Shown in pieces: positions 18,754-29,092 of a DNA stretch of 64,000 nt. Within the stretch, counting starts at the first letter, position 1; the number at the start of each line of letters is the position of its first letter. The notes under the pieces were generated by a model. The model worked only from the letters and a program-made list of their open reading frames with translations. It ran no database searches and had not been told where the DNA came from. This DNA is from an uncultured Aliarcobacter sp. GTDB lineage: Bacteria; Campylobacterota; Campylobacteria; Campylobacterales; Arcobacteraceae. Made by a program: the position numbers and the translations under genes. The stretch lies in assembly GCA_963677435.1 (NCBI GenBank), contig OY781945.1, forward strand, positions 2,080,001-2,144,000. Reading direction: 5' to 3'.

Positions 18754-20215
18754 AAGTGATTACCTCATTTTTAAGCATAATTTGTTTTAATCTATTTATC
18801 TCATTTACATTTTGAGATAATTCACTTCTTAACTCATTTTTAATATTTGTAAGTAGTTCATCAACAGAATTTACCATTTTATATCTATTTACTATATCAT
18901 TTGCTAATTTTGAAGCTCTTTCTAAATCTTCTGGATTTATTGCATACTTCTCTTTTTCTATAACTTCAAGACCAATAAATCCTGCTAAATCTCTTTTTAT
19001 ATTTTCACATAATTCATTATAAGATGGATATGTAGAATCAAGTTTTTGAACACTCTCATCAAACAAAGCAACTTTAGTTTTAGAAATAAAAGCTTTACTA
19101 GCTTGGTAAATTGCTAAAATCTCTTTTTGTCTATCATCAAGTATTTTAATCTGTTTTTTACCAAATTCTAGTTTATTTTTTGCAATTAAAATATCACTAT
19201 CATCTAATATCTTTTTATTATTTTTTATCATATTTAATAAAGCTTCATTTATTAAAGTAGCAAGTGCCGCTGAACTAAATCCAGCTGTTTCATTTACTAA
19301 TTTATCAATATTTATCTCATAGTTTTTATTATTTAAATATAACTCTAATATTTTTTTTCTATCATTTATATTTGGCAATCCTACATGAACGCGTCTGTCA
19401 AATCTTCCAGCTCGTAAAAGGGCATCATCTAAAACTTCTATTTTGTTAGTTGCAGCAATTACAATTACTCCACTCTCACCATCAAATCCATCCATTTGAG
19501 TTAAAAGTTCATTTAATGTTGATTCTCGCTCATCATTTGATTTTCCGCTTCTAGCTTTTCCAACTGCATCAATTTCATCAATAAAAATAATAGCAGGAGC
19601 ACTTTGTTTTGCTTTTGCAAAAAGTTCTCGCACTTTTTTTGCACCCATTCCCACATAAATTTGAACAAAACTTGCACCACTTTGATAAAAAAATGGAACA
19701 TCAGCTTCACCAGCAACTGCCCTTGCAATTAAAGTTTTTCCAACACCTGGAGGGCCTACTAATAAAACACCTTTTGGAAGTTTAATTCCATATTCAAGAT
19801 ATTTTTGAGGATGATTTAAAAAATCTACAACCTCTTCTAATTCTTCTTTTATTTCATTTATTCCAGCAACATCTTTAAATGTAATATTTGAACTAACTGC
19901 TTGAATATTTGAATTTAAATCTTCATTTAAAACTTTTGTTGCTGCTTTTGTTTTATTAAGTTCCTCATCAAAAGCTGATGAATCTTTTTTATATTTACTA
20001 AAAAAAGTTCTTACTTGGTCTTGTTTTAATTTTAAAAACAAAGCTAAAAAAAGTAAAATAAATAAAAAGATAATTCCTATATAATAAGAACTTCCTGTGA
20101 TATGAGAACTACTTTTATAAATAGTATAAATAAATAAAACCAGCAAAACAACTGCTGATAAAGCCATTAATTTAAAATTTTTGTCAATATTTTTGTTATT
20201 TGAATCTTGCAACAT
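18740..20215 (-). CDS. Membrane-anchored FtsH-like AAA+ ATPase lacking the HEXXH protease motif
   Basis: Two TM helices, [16 protein letters not shown] and [17 protein letters not shown] occupies the HEAGH position. Confidence 0.88.
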   Translation of the reverse strand: MLQDSNNKNIDKNFKLMALSAVVLLVLFIYTIYKSSSHITGSSYYIGIIFLFILLFLALFLKLKQDQVRTFFSKYKKDSSAFDEELNKTKAATKVLNEDLNSNIQAVSSNITFKDVAGINEIKEELEEVVDFLNHPQKYLEYGIKLPKGVLLVGPPGVGKTLIARAVAGEADVPFFYQSGASFVQIYVGMGAKKVRELFAKAKQSAPAIIFIDEIDAVGKARSGKSNDERESTLNELLTQMDGFDGESGVIVIAATNKIEVLDDALLRAGRFDRRVHVGLPNINDRKKILELYLNNKNYEINIDKLVNETAGFSSAALATLINEALLNMIKNNKKILDDSDILIAKNKLEFGKKQIKILDDRQKEILAIYQASKAFISKTKVALFDESVQKLDSTYPSYNELCENIKRDLAGFIGLEVIEKEKYAINPEDLERASKLANDIVNRYKMVNSVDELLTNIKNELRSELSQNVNEINRLKQIMLKNEVITFEDI

Positions 20216-21464
20216 TTTTATTAGCCTTTACTTCATAATCATCGATAAAAACCCAATCCCCAACTAAATCAACCGGTGAATCTATCTCAATTTGATTGAA
20301 AAATTGATCTAAACCTAGATATTTTCCATTTTTTACTGATTCTACTAAAACTTCTAATTTTTGAGTATTATTTTTTCTAAAATCATAATTTTTTTGTTCA
20401 ATGATTTTTGTTAACTCATTGTATCTTATTTTTGCAATGTCACCTTTTATTTGAGGTTTCATAGTAGCACTTGGCGTTCCATCTCTTTTTGAGTAAGTAA
20501 ACGCATGAACATGAGTTAATGGAAATCTATGAAGATTTTCCATAGCTTCACGCCATAACTGCTCAGTTTCACCTGGATGTCCAACAATAAAATCAGTTCC
20601 TAAAGCATATCCATTTGAACTTAAAAACTCAAAAAGTTCTAAATCTGATAATACTTTATTTCTTCTATTCATTATTTTCAACATCTCTTTTGAAGTGTGT
20701 TGAAGTGCAATATGAAGATGTTTTGCCATAAATGGCTCATTTATTAGCTCTTTAAATTCATCATCAATTTGAATAGGTTCAATGCTTCCCATTCTTATTC
20801 TTCTCACACCTTTGATTAAAGACATTTTTTTAAGAAGTTTTGCAAGACTCGTATGTTGTTTTTTTCCATAAGAACCAACATTTGTTCCAGTTAAAATAAA
20901 CTCTCCAAAACCATTTGCAGCTAGTGTTGTAACTTGCTCTAGGATTTTATCTTCACTATAAGATCTTGCATCACCTCTTACATAAGGGATAATACAATAT
21001 GAACATCTAAAATCACAACCTTCTTGAATTTTGATAAACGCCCTACTTTTTCCAACAAACTCTTCAACTATTGTTTCATCAATATGAGTTAAATCTCCTG
21101 CTTGAAAAAATCTGCTTTCATTTAATAAAAGCTCATTTATTTTCTCTTTTTCAGAGTGACCAAATAAAGAATCAACTTTATCTTCTTTGAAAAGTGCTTC
21201 ACCTTTTGTCCAAACTCCACAACCTGTAAATACAACTCTTGGATCTTTTGGAAGTTTTTTCAAACCACTAATATAACCCCTTGCTGTACTATCAGCACTA
21301 TTTGTAACTGTACATGAGTTTATTACAACTACATCAGCATCATTTTCGTTTTGTGTTACTTCAAAATCTTTTAGATTACTCATCATAACTTGAGTATCAA
21401 ATACATTTGTTCTACAACCAAAAGTTTTAAAATATACTTTTGGTTTATTTTGTGAAAAATTCAT
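20196..21464 (-). CDS. mtaB: tRNA t6A37 methylthiotransferase
   Basis: TFGCRTN, NSCTVT, radical SAM motif KIQEGCDFRCSYCIIP, HVHAFTYS. Confidence 0.93.
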   Translation of the reverse strand: MNFSQNKPKVYFKTFGCRTNVFDTQVMMSNLKDFEVTQNENDADVVVINSCTVTNSADSTARGYISGLKKLPKDPRVVFTGCGVWTKGEALFKEDKVDSLFGHSEKEKINELLLNESRFFQAGDLTHIDETIVEEFVGKSRAFIKIQEGCDFRCSYCIIPYVRGDARSYSEDKILEQVTTLAANGFGEFILTGTNVGSYGKKQHTSLAKLLKKMSLIKGVRRIRMGSIEPIQIDDEFKELINEPFMAKHLHIALQHTSKEMLKIMNRRNKVLSDLELFEFLSSNGYALGTDFIVGHPGETEQLWREAMENLHRFPLTHVHAFTYSKRDGTPSATMKPQIKGDIAKIRYNELTKIIEQKNYDFRKNNTQKLEVLVESVKNGKYLGLDQFFNQIEIDSPVDLVGDWVFIDDYEVKANKNVARFK

Positions 21465-21482
21465 AAATATTTATTTCCTAAT

Positions 21483-23246
21483 TTATCTTTGTATAATTTC
21501 ATCTTCCAAATCTTTTGGAACTATTTTACTTTTTGAAGCAGGTCCGTAAGGATTATCTGTTCTGTTTATATTAATTTGTTGTGTTGGATATGCAATATGA
21601 ATATCATCTTCTTTCATAAAAGCATCAAGAATTTCTGGACTTATTGTACTTCTTAATACAAGTGCTGCATAAGAGTTTGTTAAATACCAAGAAGAGATAA
21701 CAATACCATGAGGTTCAACAAAAGTATAAACTCTAGGTTCAACTCCTGTAGCACGTAACTGATATTTATTTCTCATTTTTGACAACTGTTTTCTTGTCAT
21801 ATCTGTGTAACCTTTTGAATAGTGTTTCAAAATTTCTCTAGATATTTTTTGTGCTTTTTTATAATTTGAATCGTAGGTAATTGTAATATCAATTCCATCC
21901 CAAACTGTTCTTAAACCTGAGTGTGTATAGTTAGCAATTAACTCAGAGAAGATGTAGTTATTTGGAATAAAAAATATTCTTCCTGTCCTTCTATTTGTTG
22001 TATATGAAGTTAAAGTAATATCTTCTCTAATTGTAATTTTAAATAAAGAAATATCTAAAACATCTCCAACAGTTTCAACATTTCCTTTACTAACTTTGAT
22101 TCTATCTCCCACTTGAATAGAGCCAGATGTTACAATTACCATCCAACCAAAAATTGACATAAACCAATCTTTTAAGGCAATTGCAATCCCCGCTGATGCA
22201 AATCCAAGGATTGTTACAAGATATGAAACATTATCAATATATGAGAATAGAATAACCATTAAAATCAAAAATACTAAAGTAAAATTGATTATTTTATTTA
22301 CCATATAGTAGTTTTCATTTTGAGAAAAATATCTTTTTAAAGTTAATTTAACTAAAAAAGCAATCAATGATAGAATAACAATAATTATAAAAATAACAAT
22401 CATTTTTTGAATTTGTTGAGATATTTGATTTTTTATTTCTAAAATAACTTGTTCAATTTTTCTTGTATATACTTCTTCAGTTGTAGATACAATTTCAAGA
22501 ACCATTATAAAATCTTTTTTTTGTTTATCTAAAAAAGTAATTCTTTCTTTATATTCAGGTTTTTGATCTAAATTGAATAACTCTAAATATAAAAGTAACT
22601 CTTCATCAAGTTTAATAGTTAAATAATCAATATCCATATCTAATGTTTTAAATACTTTTTTATTATTCTCTAATTTTTTTATATGAGATAAAGCATTTAT
22701 TATTCCAAAAGGATTTGTAATATTTTCATATTTATCAATTTCAGGAGGATTAATAAGCCCACCAATTGGAGAACCTTTATACTCATCAATTAATTCAAGT
22801 TCATTTTCTTTTACTCTTATTTTATTGTGTAGTTGATAAGTTTGCTCATCAGAAATATTTGTTTTTCTTTTTAAACTATCTTTTAAAATGGCTAACTCTG
22901 TAGAAATTTTACTATATGAACTATAATTTGAATATCTTTTTAATAAAATATTATCTTTTAACTCAGCATCAATTTTTGCAATACTTTGAAGTAAAGTATT
23001 GATTTCTGCCACATTTTGCATATTTTGCTCTTTAGTTTTTAGATCTTCAAGTTCTTGCTTTTTCTTGAGTTCTAACTCTTTTTGAGCCTCTTCGTATTTT
23101 TCTGTAATAAGATTTTGTTCAATTTGTTTAACTTCTGCTTTATCTTTTTTATCTACTGTTGGTGTAATATTATCAGTAGTTTTTACTGTGTTTTCAGCCC
23201 ATAAAAAACAAGTAAGACATAATATAAATGCTAATTTTTTAATCAA
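21483..23246 (-). CDS. MscS-family mechanosensitive channel
   Basis: Signal peptide, coiled region, TM block GFASAGIAIALKD, VGDRI and FIPN. Confidence 0.88.
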   Translation of the reverse strand: MIKKLAFILCLTCFLWAENTVKTTDNITPTVDKKDKAEVKQIEQNLITEKYEEAQKELELKKKQELEDLKTKEQNMQNVAEINTLLQSIAKIDAELKDNILLKRYSNYSSYSKISTELAILKDSLKRKTNISDEQTYQLHNKIRVKENELELIDEYKGSPIGGLINPPEIDKYENITNPFGIINALSHIKKLENNKKVFKTLDMDIDYLTIKLDEELLLYLELFNLDQKPEYKERITFLDKQKKDFIMVLEIVSTTEEVYTRKIEQVILEIKNQISQQIQKMIVIFIIIVILSLIAFLVKLTLKRYFSQNENYYMVNKIINFTLVFLILMVILFSYIDNVSYLVTILGFASAGIAIALKDWFMSIFGWMVIVTSGSIQVGDRIKVSKGNVETVGDVLDISLFKITIREDITLTSYTTNRRTGRIFFIPNNYIFSELIANYTHSGLRTVWDGIDITITYDSNYKKAQKISREILKHYSKGYTDMTRKQLSKMRNKYQLRATGVEPRVYTFVEPHGIVISSWYLTNSYAALVLRSTISPEILDAFMKEDDIHIAYPTQQININRTDNPYGPASKSKIVPKDLEDEIIQR

Positions 23247-23247
23247 T

Positions 23248-24282
23248 TTAAAAACCTTTTAATATTTCTATAACATCATTTTTAGTAACTTCATTTGTGA
23301 TTTTACAATCACCCAAACCAACTGGAAGAATAAATTTAATTTTATTATCCAAAGACTTTTTATCTAAGAAAAAATGTTCATAAAAATCTTCCACATCTTT
23401 GATTTTATAAGTTGTTGGAATCTCATATTTTTCTAATAAATTTTTTACTCTTAACTCTTCATCTTTACTCATTAGTCCAATTTTTACAGCTAAAGCATTT
23501 GCCATACACATACCAATTCCCACTGCTTCACCATGTAAATATGTATCATAGTTTGTTTCGTTTTCAATAACATGACCAAAAGTGTGACCATAATTAAGTG
23601 CTGCTCTTATTCCTAACTCTTTTTCATCTTGTGAAACTACATCTGCTTTTGTTTGAACAGATTTAGCAATTGCAATTCTAATATTTTTATCATCATTTAA
23701 ATCATTTTGTTCTAACCACTCAAAAAAATCTTTGTTAAAAGTAACTGCCATTTTGACAATTTCAGCAACTCCTGCACCAAACTCTCTTTTTGGTAGAGTT
23801 TTTAAGAAATTAGGGTCAATATAAACAGCGATTGGTTGATGAAATGCACCAACTAAGTTTTTACCAAATTTATTGTTTATTCCAGTTTTCCCACCAACAC
23901 TTGCATCAACTTGTGATAAAAGAGTTGTAGGAATTTGAACAAAATCAATACCTCGTTGGTAAATTGAAGATGCAAATCCAGTCATATCTCCAATAACACC
24001 ACCACCAAAAGCAATAAGAAGTGATTTTCTATCAAGTCTGTGTGTAAAACAGTGAGCTAACATATCTTCAATTGTTTGCATATGTTTATACTCTTCTCCA
24101 TCAGGAATGGTACAAACACTAAGCTCACGAGCATTTATTTTAGTTTTTAAATACTCCAAATGAAATCCACTAACAGTTGGATTTGTAATAATCACAACTT
24201 TTCTATCAAAATATAGTTCGTTTAATTCATCTATAAAAATTTCATAAGAGTTATCATGGGGTAAAGTAATTTTAACAGTCAT
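23248..24282 (-). CDS. aroB: 3-dehydroquinate synthase
   Basis: GGGVIGD, PTTLLSQVDASVGGKTGIN, LNYGHTFGH and HGEAV. Confidence 0.97.
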   Translation of the reverse strand: MTVKITLPHDNSYEIFIDELNELYFDRKVVIITNPTVSGFHLEYLKTKINARELSVCTIPDGEEYKHMQTIEDMLAHCFTHRLDRKSLLIAFGGGVIGDMTGFASSIYQRGIDFVQIPTTLLSQVDASVGGKTGINNKFGKNLVGAFHQPIAVYIDPNFLKTLPKREFGAGVAEIVKMAVTFNKDFFEWLEQNDLNDDKNIRIAIAKSVQTKADVVSQDEKELGIRAALNYGHTFGHVIENETNYDTYLHGEAVGIGMCMANALAVKIGLMSKDEELRVKNLLEKYEIPTTYKIKDVEDFYEHFFLDKKSLDNKIKFILPVGLGDCKITNEVTKNDVIEILKGF

Positions 24283-24483
24283 TGTTATCTATCCAAATAT
24301 TTATTTAATAAGGTCTTTATATTAGCTAAAAAAAGATAAAAGGAGGTTAAATGCTTTTATCTTTATTATAAAACTAATCCTTTTCAATTACGATTACTTT
24401 AAGTAAACCTTAAACTAATCTACTTTTAGATATAATAAATAAAAATAAGATTAGAAGGAAACATTATTAAAACTTTTACATCA

Positions 24484-25770
24484 ATGAACTTAGATGAAAA
24501 AATCATAAGTGCACTAAAAGATTTAGATTATAAAGAAGCTACGGAAATACAAAAAAAAGCTATTCCAATTGCTTTAAAAAAAAGAGATATACTTGCAGCT
24601 GCCCAAAGTGGTACAGGTAAAACTGCTGCATTTTTATTACCAATATTAACGAATATTTTAGAAAATAAACAAGCAAACAAACCAATTCTTAGAGCTTTGA
24701 TTTTAGTTCCAACAAGAGAACTAGCAACTCAAATATCAAAAGCAGTTGATGACTTCTCAAAATATATGGAAATAGAATCACTAGCAATTGTTGGTGGAGT
24801 TTCAACAAAAGACCAAGAGAAAAAGATAGCAAAAGGTCTTGATATTTTAGTGGCAACTTCAGGAAGATTAATGGAACATCTAAAAAATGGAACTGTTGAT
24901 TTATCAAGTGTTACAACTGTTGTAATCGATGAAGTTGATACTATGCTTGACATGGGATTTTTAGAAGATATTGAAAAAATTCTTCCAAGTGTTGGACCAA
25001 AAAGACAAATCATGATGTTTTCTGCAACAATGAATCAAAATGTAAAAAAACTTGCAAAAGAGTTTTTACAAGATCCAGTTGTAATTGAAGTTGCTCAACA
25101 AAGATCAGCTGTAAAAATCATCGACCAACAAATTGTTTTAGTTGATCAAGTAAATAAAGCAGCTGCATTATCATATATCATTGGTTCAAGAAATTATTCA
25201 CAAGTTTTAGTATTTGTAAATATGAAAATTGAAGCTGATACTTTAGTAGAACATTTAGAACTTGATGGACTTCCAGCTGGTTGTATTCACGGAGATGTTA
25301 GACAAACAGCTCGAGCTAAAGTTATGAGAAAATTCAAATCTGGAGAGATTAGAGTTTTAGTTGCAACTGATATTGCAGCAAGGGGAATTGATATAGAACT
25401 TCTTCCAGTAGTTGTAAACTATGCCCTTCCTGAGACTGTTGATGATTATACACATAGAATCGGAAGAACTGGACGAGCTGGAAATCCTGGAATTGCATTG
25501 ACACTTTTAAGTGTTAAAGATTATAAAATGATGATTGACATTGAAAAAGAGTTAATTATCAATATTCCAAGAACAGAAGTTGAAGGTTTTGAAGCAACAG
25601 AGAAAAAACCAAGACTGTTTAAAGCAAGACCAAAACAATTAAGTGTAAAAAAAGCTGAAGCTGGAAAAATAGCTAAAAAAACAGGTTTTGCAAAAAATAC
25701 GGCTCCAAAAGTTGTTAAAAAGAAAAAAACTACTAAAAGAGATACGAATAGAAGTTTTGGTAAAAAATAA
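24484..25770 (+). CDS. DEAD-box RNA helicase (RhlE-like)
   Basis: AQSGTGKT, PTRELA, DEVD, SAT, HRIGRTGRAG and a basic C-terminal tail. Confidence 0.93.
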   Translation: MNLDEKIISALKDLDYKEATEIQKKAIPIALKKRDILAAAQSGTGKTAAFLLPILTNILENKQANKPILRALILVPTRELATQISKAVDDFSKYMEIESLAIVGGVSTKDQEKKIAKGLDILVATSGRLMEHLKNGTVDLSSVTTVVIDEVDTMLDMGFLEDIEKILPSVGPKRQIMMFSATMNQNVKKLAKEFLQDPVVIEVAQQRSAVKIIDQQIVLVDQVNKAAALSYIIGSRNYSQVLVFVNMKIEADTLVEHLELDGLPAGCIHGDVRQTARAKVMRKFKSGEIRVLVATDIAARGIDIELLPVVVNYALPETVDDYTHRIGRTGRAGNPGIALTLLSVKDYKMMIDIEKELIINIPRTEVEGFEATEKKPRLFKARPKQLSVKKAEAGKIAKKTGFAKNTAPKVVKKKKTTKRDTNRSFGKK

Positions 25771-25794
25771 GAGAAGTTAAAACTTCTCTTATTT
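25765..25794. terminator. Bidirectional intrinsic terminator
   Basis: AAATAAGAGAAGTT-AA-AACTTCTCTTATTT. Confidence 0.8.
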
Positions 25795-26724
25795 CTACTT
25801 CATCCCCTCATAAATCTCTTTAATTGCATCCATAAAATATCTGTGATGATTTGGTGTTTTTGCAACTCTATAATCTTTAATTCCTAAATGCTCTGCAACT
25901 TCTGCATATTCCATATCAAGTTCATATTCAGTTTCAGAATTATCAACTGTAAATGATATTGGATAAATAATTACCTTTGATTTTATCTCTTTTAACTTAT
26001 CTTCCATATAAGGTCGTAACCACTCCATTGGTCCTAATCTTGATTGATATGCCACATGTATTTTTTTGAAAGTTATATTTTGTTCTTCAAGCTCTTTTTT
26101 CGCACACTCAACATTTGCTAAGATATGTTTTTGATATAAATCACCTTTATTTATTATTTTTTGAGTTAGTCCATGGGCTGAAAATATAAGTTCGAAATCT
26201 TCTGAATTATCTCCTTTTAAAGCCTCTTTTATTCGTTCAACTATTGCTTTATTATAAAATTTATTGTCATAATAACTATCAATTGTTTTAATTTTTTTAT
26301 CAATATTATATTTCTTTGCAACTTTTACAAACTCTTCAATTGATGATTTTGTTGTAGTGCTTGAATAGTGTGGATACATTGGAATTGCATAAATTTCATC
26401 GTAATTTATTAAATCTTTCATAATATCTTTTGCAAATGGTGGTGTATATCTCATTTCATAAAAAACATCAGCATCTATCTCTTTATTTAACCTTCTCACC
26501 AATCTTTTTGTATGCCCAACAATCGGAGACATTCCACCTAATTTTCGGTAATTTTCTTGTGATTCCTTTAATCTTTTTGAAATAATTATTTGACCAATCA
26601 TTGCTCTTATTGGTTGAGGAGCTCCAATAATATATTTGTCATTAAACATATTTCTTAAAAATACTTTTACTTCACTAATATTATTTGGACCACCCATATT
26701 CATTAAAACAACTGCTCTTTTCAA
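25795..26724 (-). CDS. hemH: Ferrochelatase
   Basis: NMGGP, MRYTPP, PMYPHYSSTT, FSAHG, YQSRLGPMEWL and DNSET. TTG start overlaps the upstream stop. Confidence 0.95.
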   Translation of the reverse strand: MKRAVVLMNMGGPNNISEVKVFLRNMFNDKYIIGAPQPIRAMIGQIIISKRLKESQENYRKLGGMSPIVGHTKRLVRRLNKEIDADVFYEMRYTPPFAKDIMKDLINYDEIYAIPMYPHYSSTTTKSSIEEFVKVAKKYNIDKKIKTIDSYYDNKFYNKAIVERIKEALKGDNSEDFELIFSAHGLTQKIINKGDLYQKHILANVECAKKELEEQNITFKKIHVAYQSRLGPMEWLRPYMEDKLKEIKSKVIIYPISFTVDNSETEYELDMEYAEVAEHLGIKDYRVAKTPNHHRYFMDAIKEIYEGMK

Positions 26725-27173
26725 AACTTATCCTTTTCTAACATCTTTTTTGTAATTTTATGTCTAAAATCAAACATCTTTTGTAAATCTTTTATTACTA
26801 ATCTTTCAAATAATTTTCCTATAAATCCAAATGGCATTTTAAAGGTAACAATATCTTTTAACTCACTCATATTTCCATGTTTAATAAAGATATGTTTATG
26901 TTCCCAAAAAGAAAATGGAGATTTCATTGCAATATCTACCAATAAATTTGGTTCATCAATTTTTTCTATTTTAACTTCCCAATTCATTGGTATAAAATAT
27001 TTAGTGCTTTTAATTTTCAATATTTGTGATACTACGGGTTTAAAATCTTTTGTTAATAATTCCACCTTAGTATCAGGAGGAGTAATATATGTTAGATTAT
27101 TAGTATCTAAGTGGAAATCAAAAAGAGATTTTGTATCACAGTTGATATATGAACTTTTTATAAATGTTTGCAT
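26721..27173 (-). CDS. SRPBCC/START-fold protein
   Basis: FDFHLD-x-x-NL-x-x-ITPP, SPFSFWEHKH and MFDFRH. Start moved to the ATG at 27173, which follows an AAGGA RBS. Confidence 0.8.
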   Translation of the reverse strand: MQTFIKSSYINCDTKSLFDFHLDTNNLTYITPPDTKVELLTKDFKPVVSQILKIKSTKYFIPMNWEVKIEKIDEPNLLVDIAMKSPFSFWEHKHIFIKHGNMSELKDIVTFKMPFGFIGKLFERLVIKDLQKMFDFRHKITKKMLEKDKF

Positions 27174-27177
27174 TTTT

Positions 27178-27210
27178 TTATCCTTGCACAAATATTTTAT
27201 ACAAGGATAA
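27178..27210. promoter_or_regulatory. 9-bp inverted repeat spanning the -10 region and RBS of SRPBCC-hemH
   Basis: TTATCCTTG-N15-CAAGGATAA. Confidence 0.5.
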
Positions 27211-27253
27211 TTTACAAAAAATAAGATATTTTTAGTAGGTAGTTTTTGTAGGT

Positions 27254-27964
27254 TTATAAACTTCTTCGCTCAATGTACTCTCTAAAATCTTTTGCACCCT
27301 CTTTTGAACTTGTTATTATTTCAGCGATTCCATCAAAAGATATTTCAAGTTTTGATTGTTCTACACTTCTCATGGATTTGATTTTATCTACATTTACAAT
27401 ATAAGATCGGTGAATTCTAAAGAAATTTTTTCCACTTAAAAGTGTTTCTAAATCCCCTATTTTTCTTCTTACATAAGCATCTGCTTCTTTTATTTTGATG
27501 ATAACTTCATCTAAATCAGCTTTTATGTAATAAATGTCATTTATATCTATTAAATAAAGTTTATCTCCTCTTTTACCAAGGATTTTTTTTGATTCATCTT
27601 TTGACGAAACAGTAAAACTTCTAATCTTATCTAAGACATTTTTTATATCATTTGATTCAATTGGTTTTACTAAATATCCCATTCCACCGTTTTTAAAAGC
27701 TTCAAGAGCAAACTCTTCATAAGCTGTTTGAAATATGATAAAAGTTTTTGGCTCAATTTGCATGATAGAATCAGCAAGTTCAAGTCCAGAAATATTTGGC
27801 ATTGAAATATCTAAAAAAACTGCGTCAAATTTTGTTTTTGTAATCTCTTTTAACGCATCAATTGGATTATCAAAAGCTGTTATATCTTCAATTCCATTTT
27901 CATTTAACAATCTTTTTAATCTGCTTAAAGCTAGACTCTCATCATCAACAATCATTATTTTCAA
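27254..27964 (-). CDS. LytTR-family response regulator
   Basis: IVDDE, FLDISMP, TAY, LVKP receiver motifs and FFRIHRSYIVN LytTR domain. Confidence 0.93.
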   Translation of the reverse strand: MKIMIVDDESLALSRLKRLLNENGIEDITAFDNPIDALKEITKTKFDAVFLDISMPNISGLELADSIMQIEPKTFIIFQTAYEEFALEAFKNGGMGYLVKPIESNDIKNVLDKIRSFTVSSKDESKKILGKRGDKLYLIDINDIYYIKADLDEVIIKIKEADAYVRRKIGDLETLLSGKNFFRIHRSYIVNVDKIKSMRSVEQSKLEISFDGIAEIITSSKEGAKDFREYIERRSL

Positions 27965-27981
27965 ATTTTATCCTTTAAAAT

Positions 27982-28085
27982 GTCCCATTTAAAAGGGACC
28001 ATCTAATTTAATGACTACTTTTTAACAATGAAGTAAATTCATCTAAAAGTAGCAAAATCCTAAAGAAGGCAACGAGTTGCCTTTT
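27982..28085. repeat. Triple-hairpin intergenic element (REP-like or ncRNA)
   Basis: Stems GTCCC/GGGAC, CTACTTTT...ATGAA/TTCAT...AAAAGTAG and AAGGCAAC/GTTGCCTT. Confidence 0.5.
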
Positions 28086-28087
28086 AT

Positions 28088-29074
28088 TTATTTCAATTCT
28101 ATTATAAATTGCATTTTATCATCAAAAACCAAAGATGACAAGTTTCCCACTTTTTGCAATTCCAATCTTTTTTGAAGATTTGATAAACCAGTTCCGAATT
28201 TTACAATCTTTGCTATTTTGCCATCATTTTGAACAATTATTTTATCTTTTAAAAATTTAATATTTATATTTAAGACTGTACACAAATATCCATGTTTTAT
28301 TGCATTCTCTACTAAAAGTTGAATTGAAAATTTTGGTATTCTTATATTTTTATATTCATTAAAATCTTCAATATTTAAAACAATTTTTCCATCAAATCTT
28401 ACATTTTCAATATTTACATAGGTTTTTACCATTGAAAGCTCTGTTTCAAGGCTTATTAAACTCTCTTTATTTATGGCATTTCGCAAGAATTTTGATATTT
28501 CAATAACTGCACTTTCTGCTTTTTTTTGATCTTGATATATTAGTTCTGAAACAGAATTTAAAGCATTAAATAAAAAATGAGGATTTAATTCATTTTCTAA
28601 AGCTTTTAATTTTGTCTCTAAAATCTGATTTTTAATAAACTCATTTTTATATTTCATAGAGATAAACTGATGTAGAATCAAGCCAACTAAAAAAGTCAAA
28701 AATCCAATAGTAACAGAGATATAGTGCCAAAATGGTGAGATAATATATAAAATTTTAAAATCACTAAAAGAAAAAAGCATAAAAGAAAAGCTAAATCCTA
28801 AAAAACCAGCTAAAAAAGAGAAAATAAAACTAATCAAATACCAGAACTTTTTATTTACCTTTGGAAGTATAAATTTATTAGAAATAGTGATTAAAAAAAA
28901 TGCAAACAATGAAATAGAAACAGCACTGCTTGTACTAAAAATAATAGTTGAAATATTTTGTAAATCATCACTTAAAAAATAAAAACATAAAGAGATAAAA
29001 AAGCCAAAGAATGCCCCAATAATTATAATATAAAGCCAATCTTTTGGTGCTATTTTTAGTTCAACTGTTTGCAT
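28088..29074 (-). CDS. LytS-family sensor histidine kinase
   Basis: About 4 TM helices, LNPHFLFNALN, QLLVENAIKHG and GTGL-x-N. Confidence 0.92.
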   Translation of the reverse strand: MQTVELKIAPKDWLYIIIIGAFFGFFISLCFYFLSDDLQNISTIIFSTSSAVSISLFAFFLITISNKFILPKVNKKFWYLISFIFSFLAGFLGFSFSFMLFSFSDFKILYIISPFWHYISVTIGFLTFLVGLILHQFISMKYKNEFIKNQILETKLKALENELNPHFLFNALNSVSELIYQDQKKAESAVIEISKFLRNAINKESLISLETELSMVKTYVNIENVRFDGKIVLNIEDFNEYKNIRIPKFSIQLLVENAIKHGYLCTVLNINIKFLKDKIIVQNDGKIAKIVKFGTGLSNLQKRLELQKVGNLSSLVFDDKMQFIIELK

Positions 29075-29092
29075 TTAATTCCTTGTTTAGCA

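Noticed and set aside
24484..25770. DEVD instead of DEAD in the helicase
   Set aside because: Common tolerated variant; the other motifs are intact.
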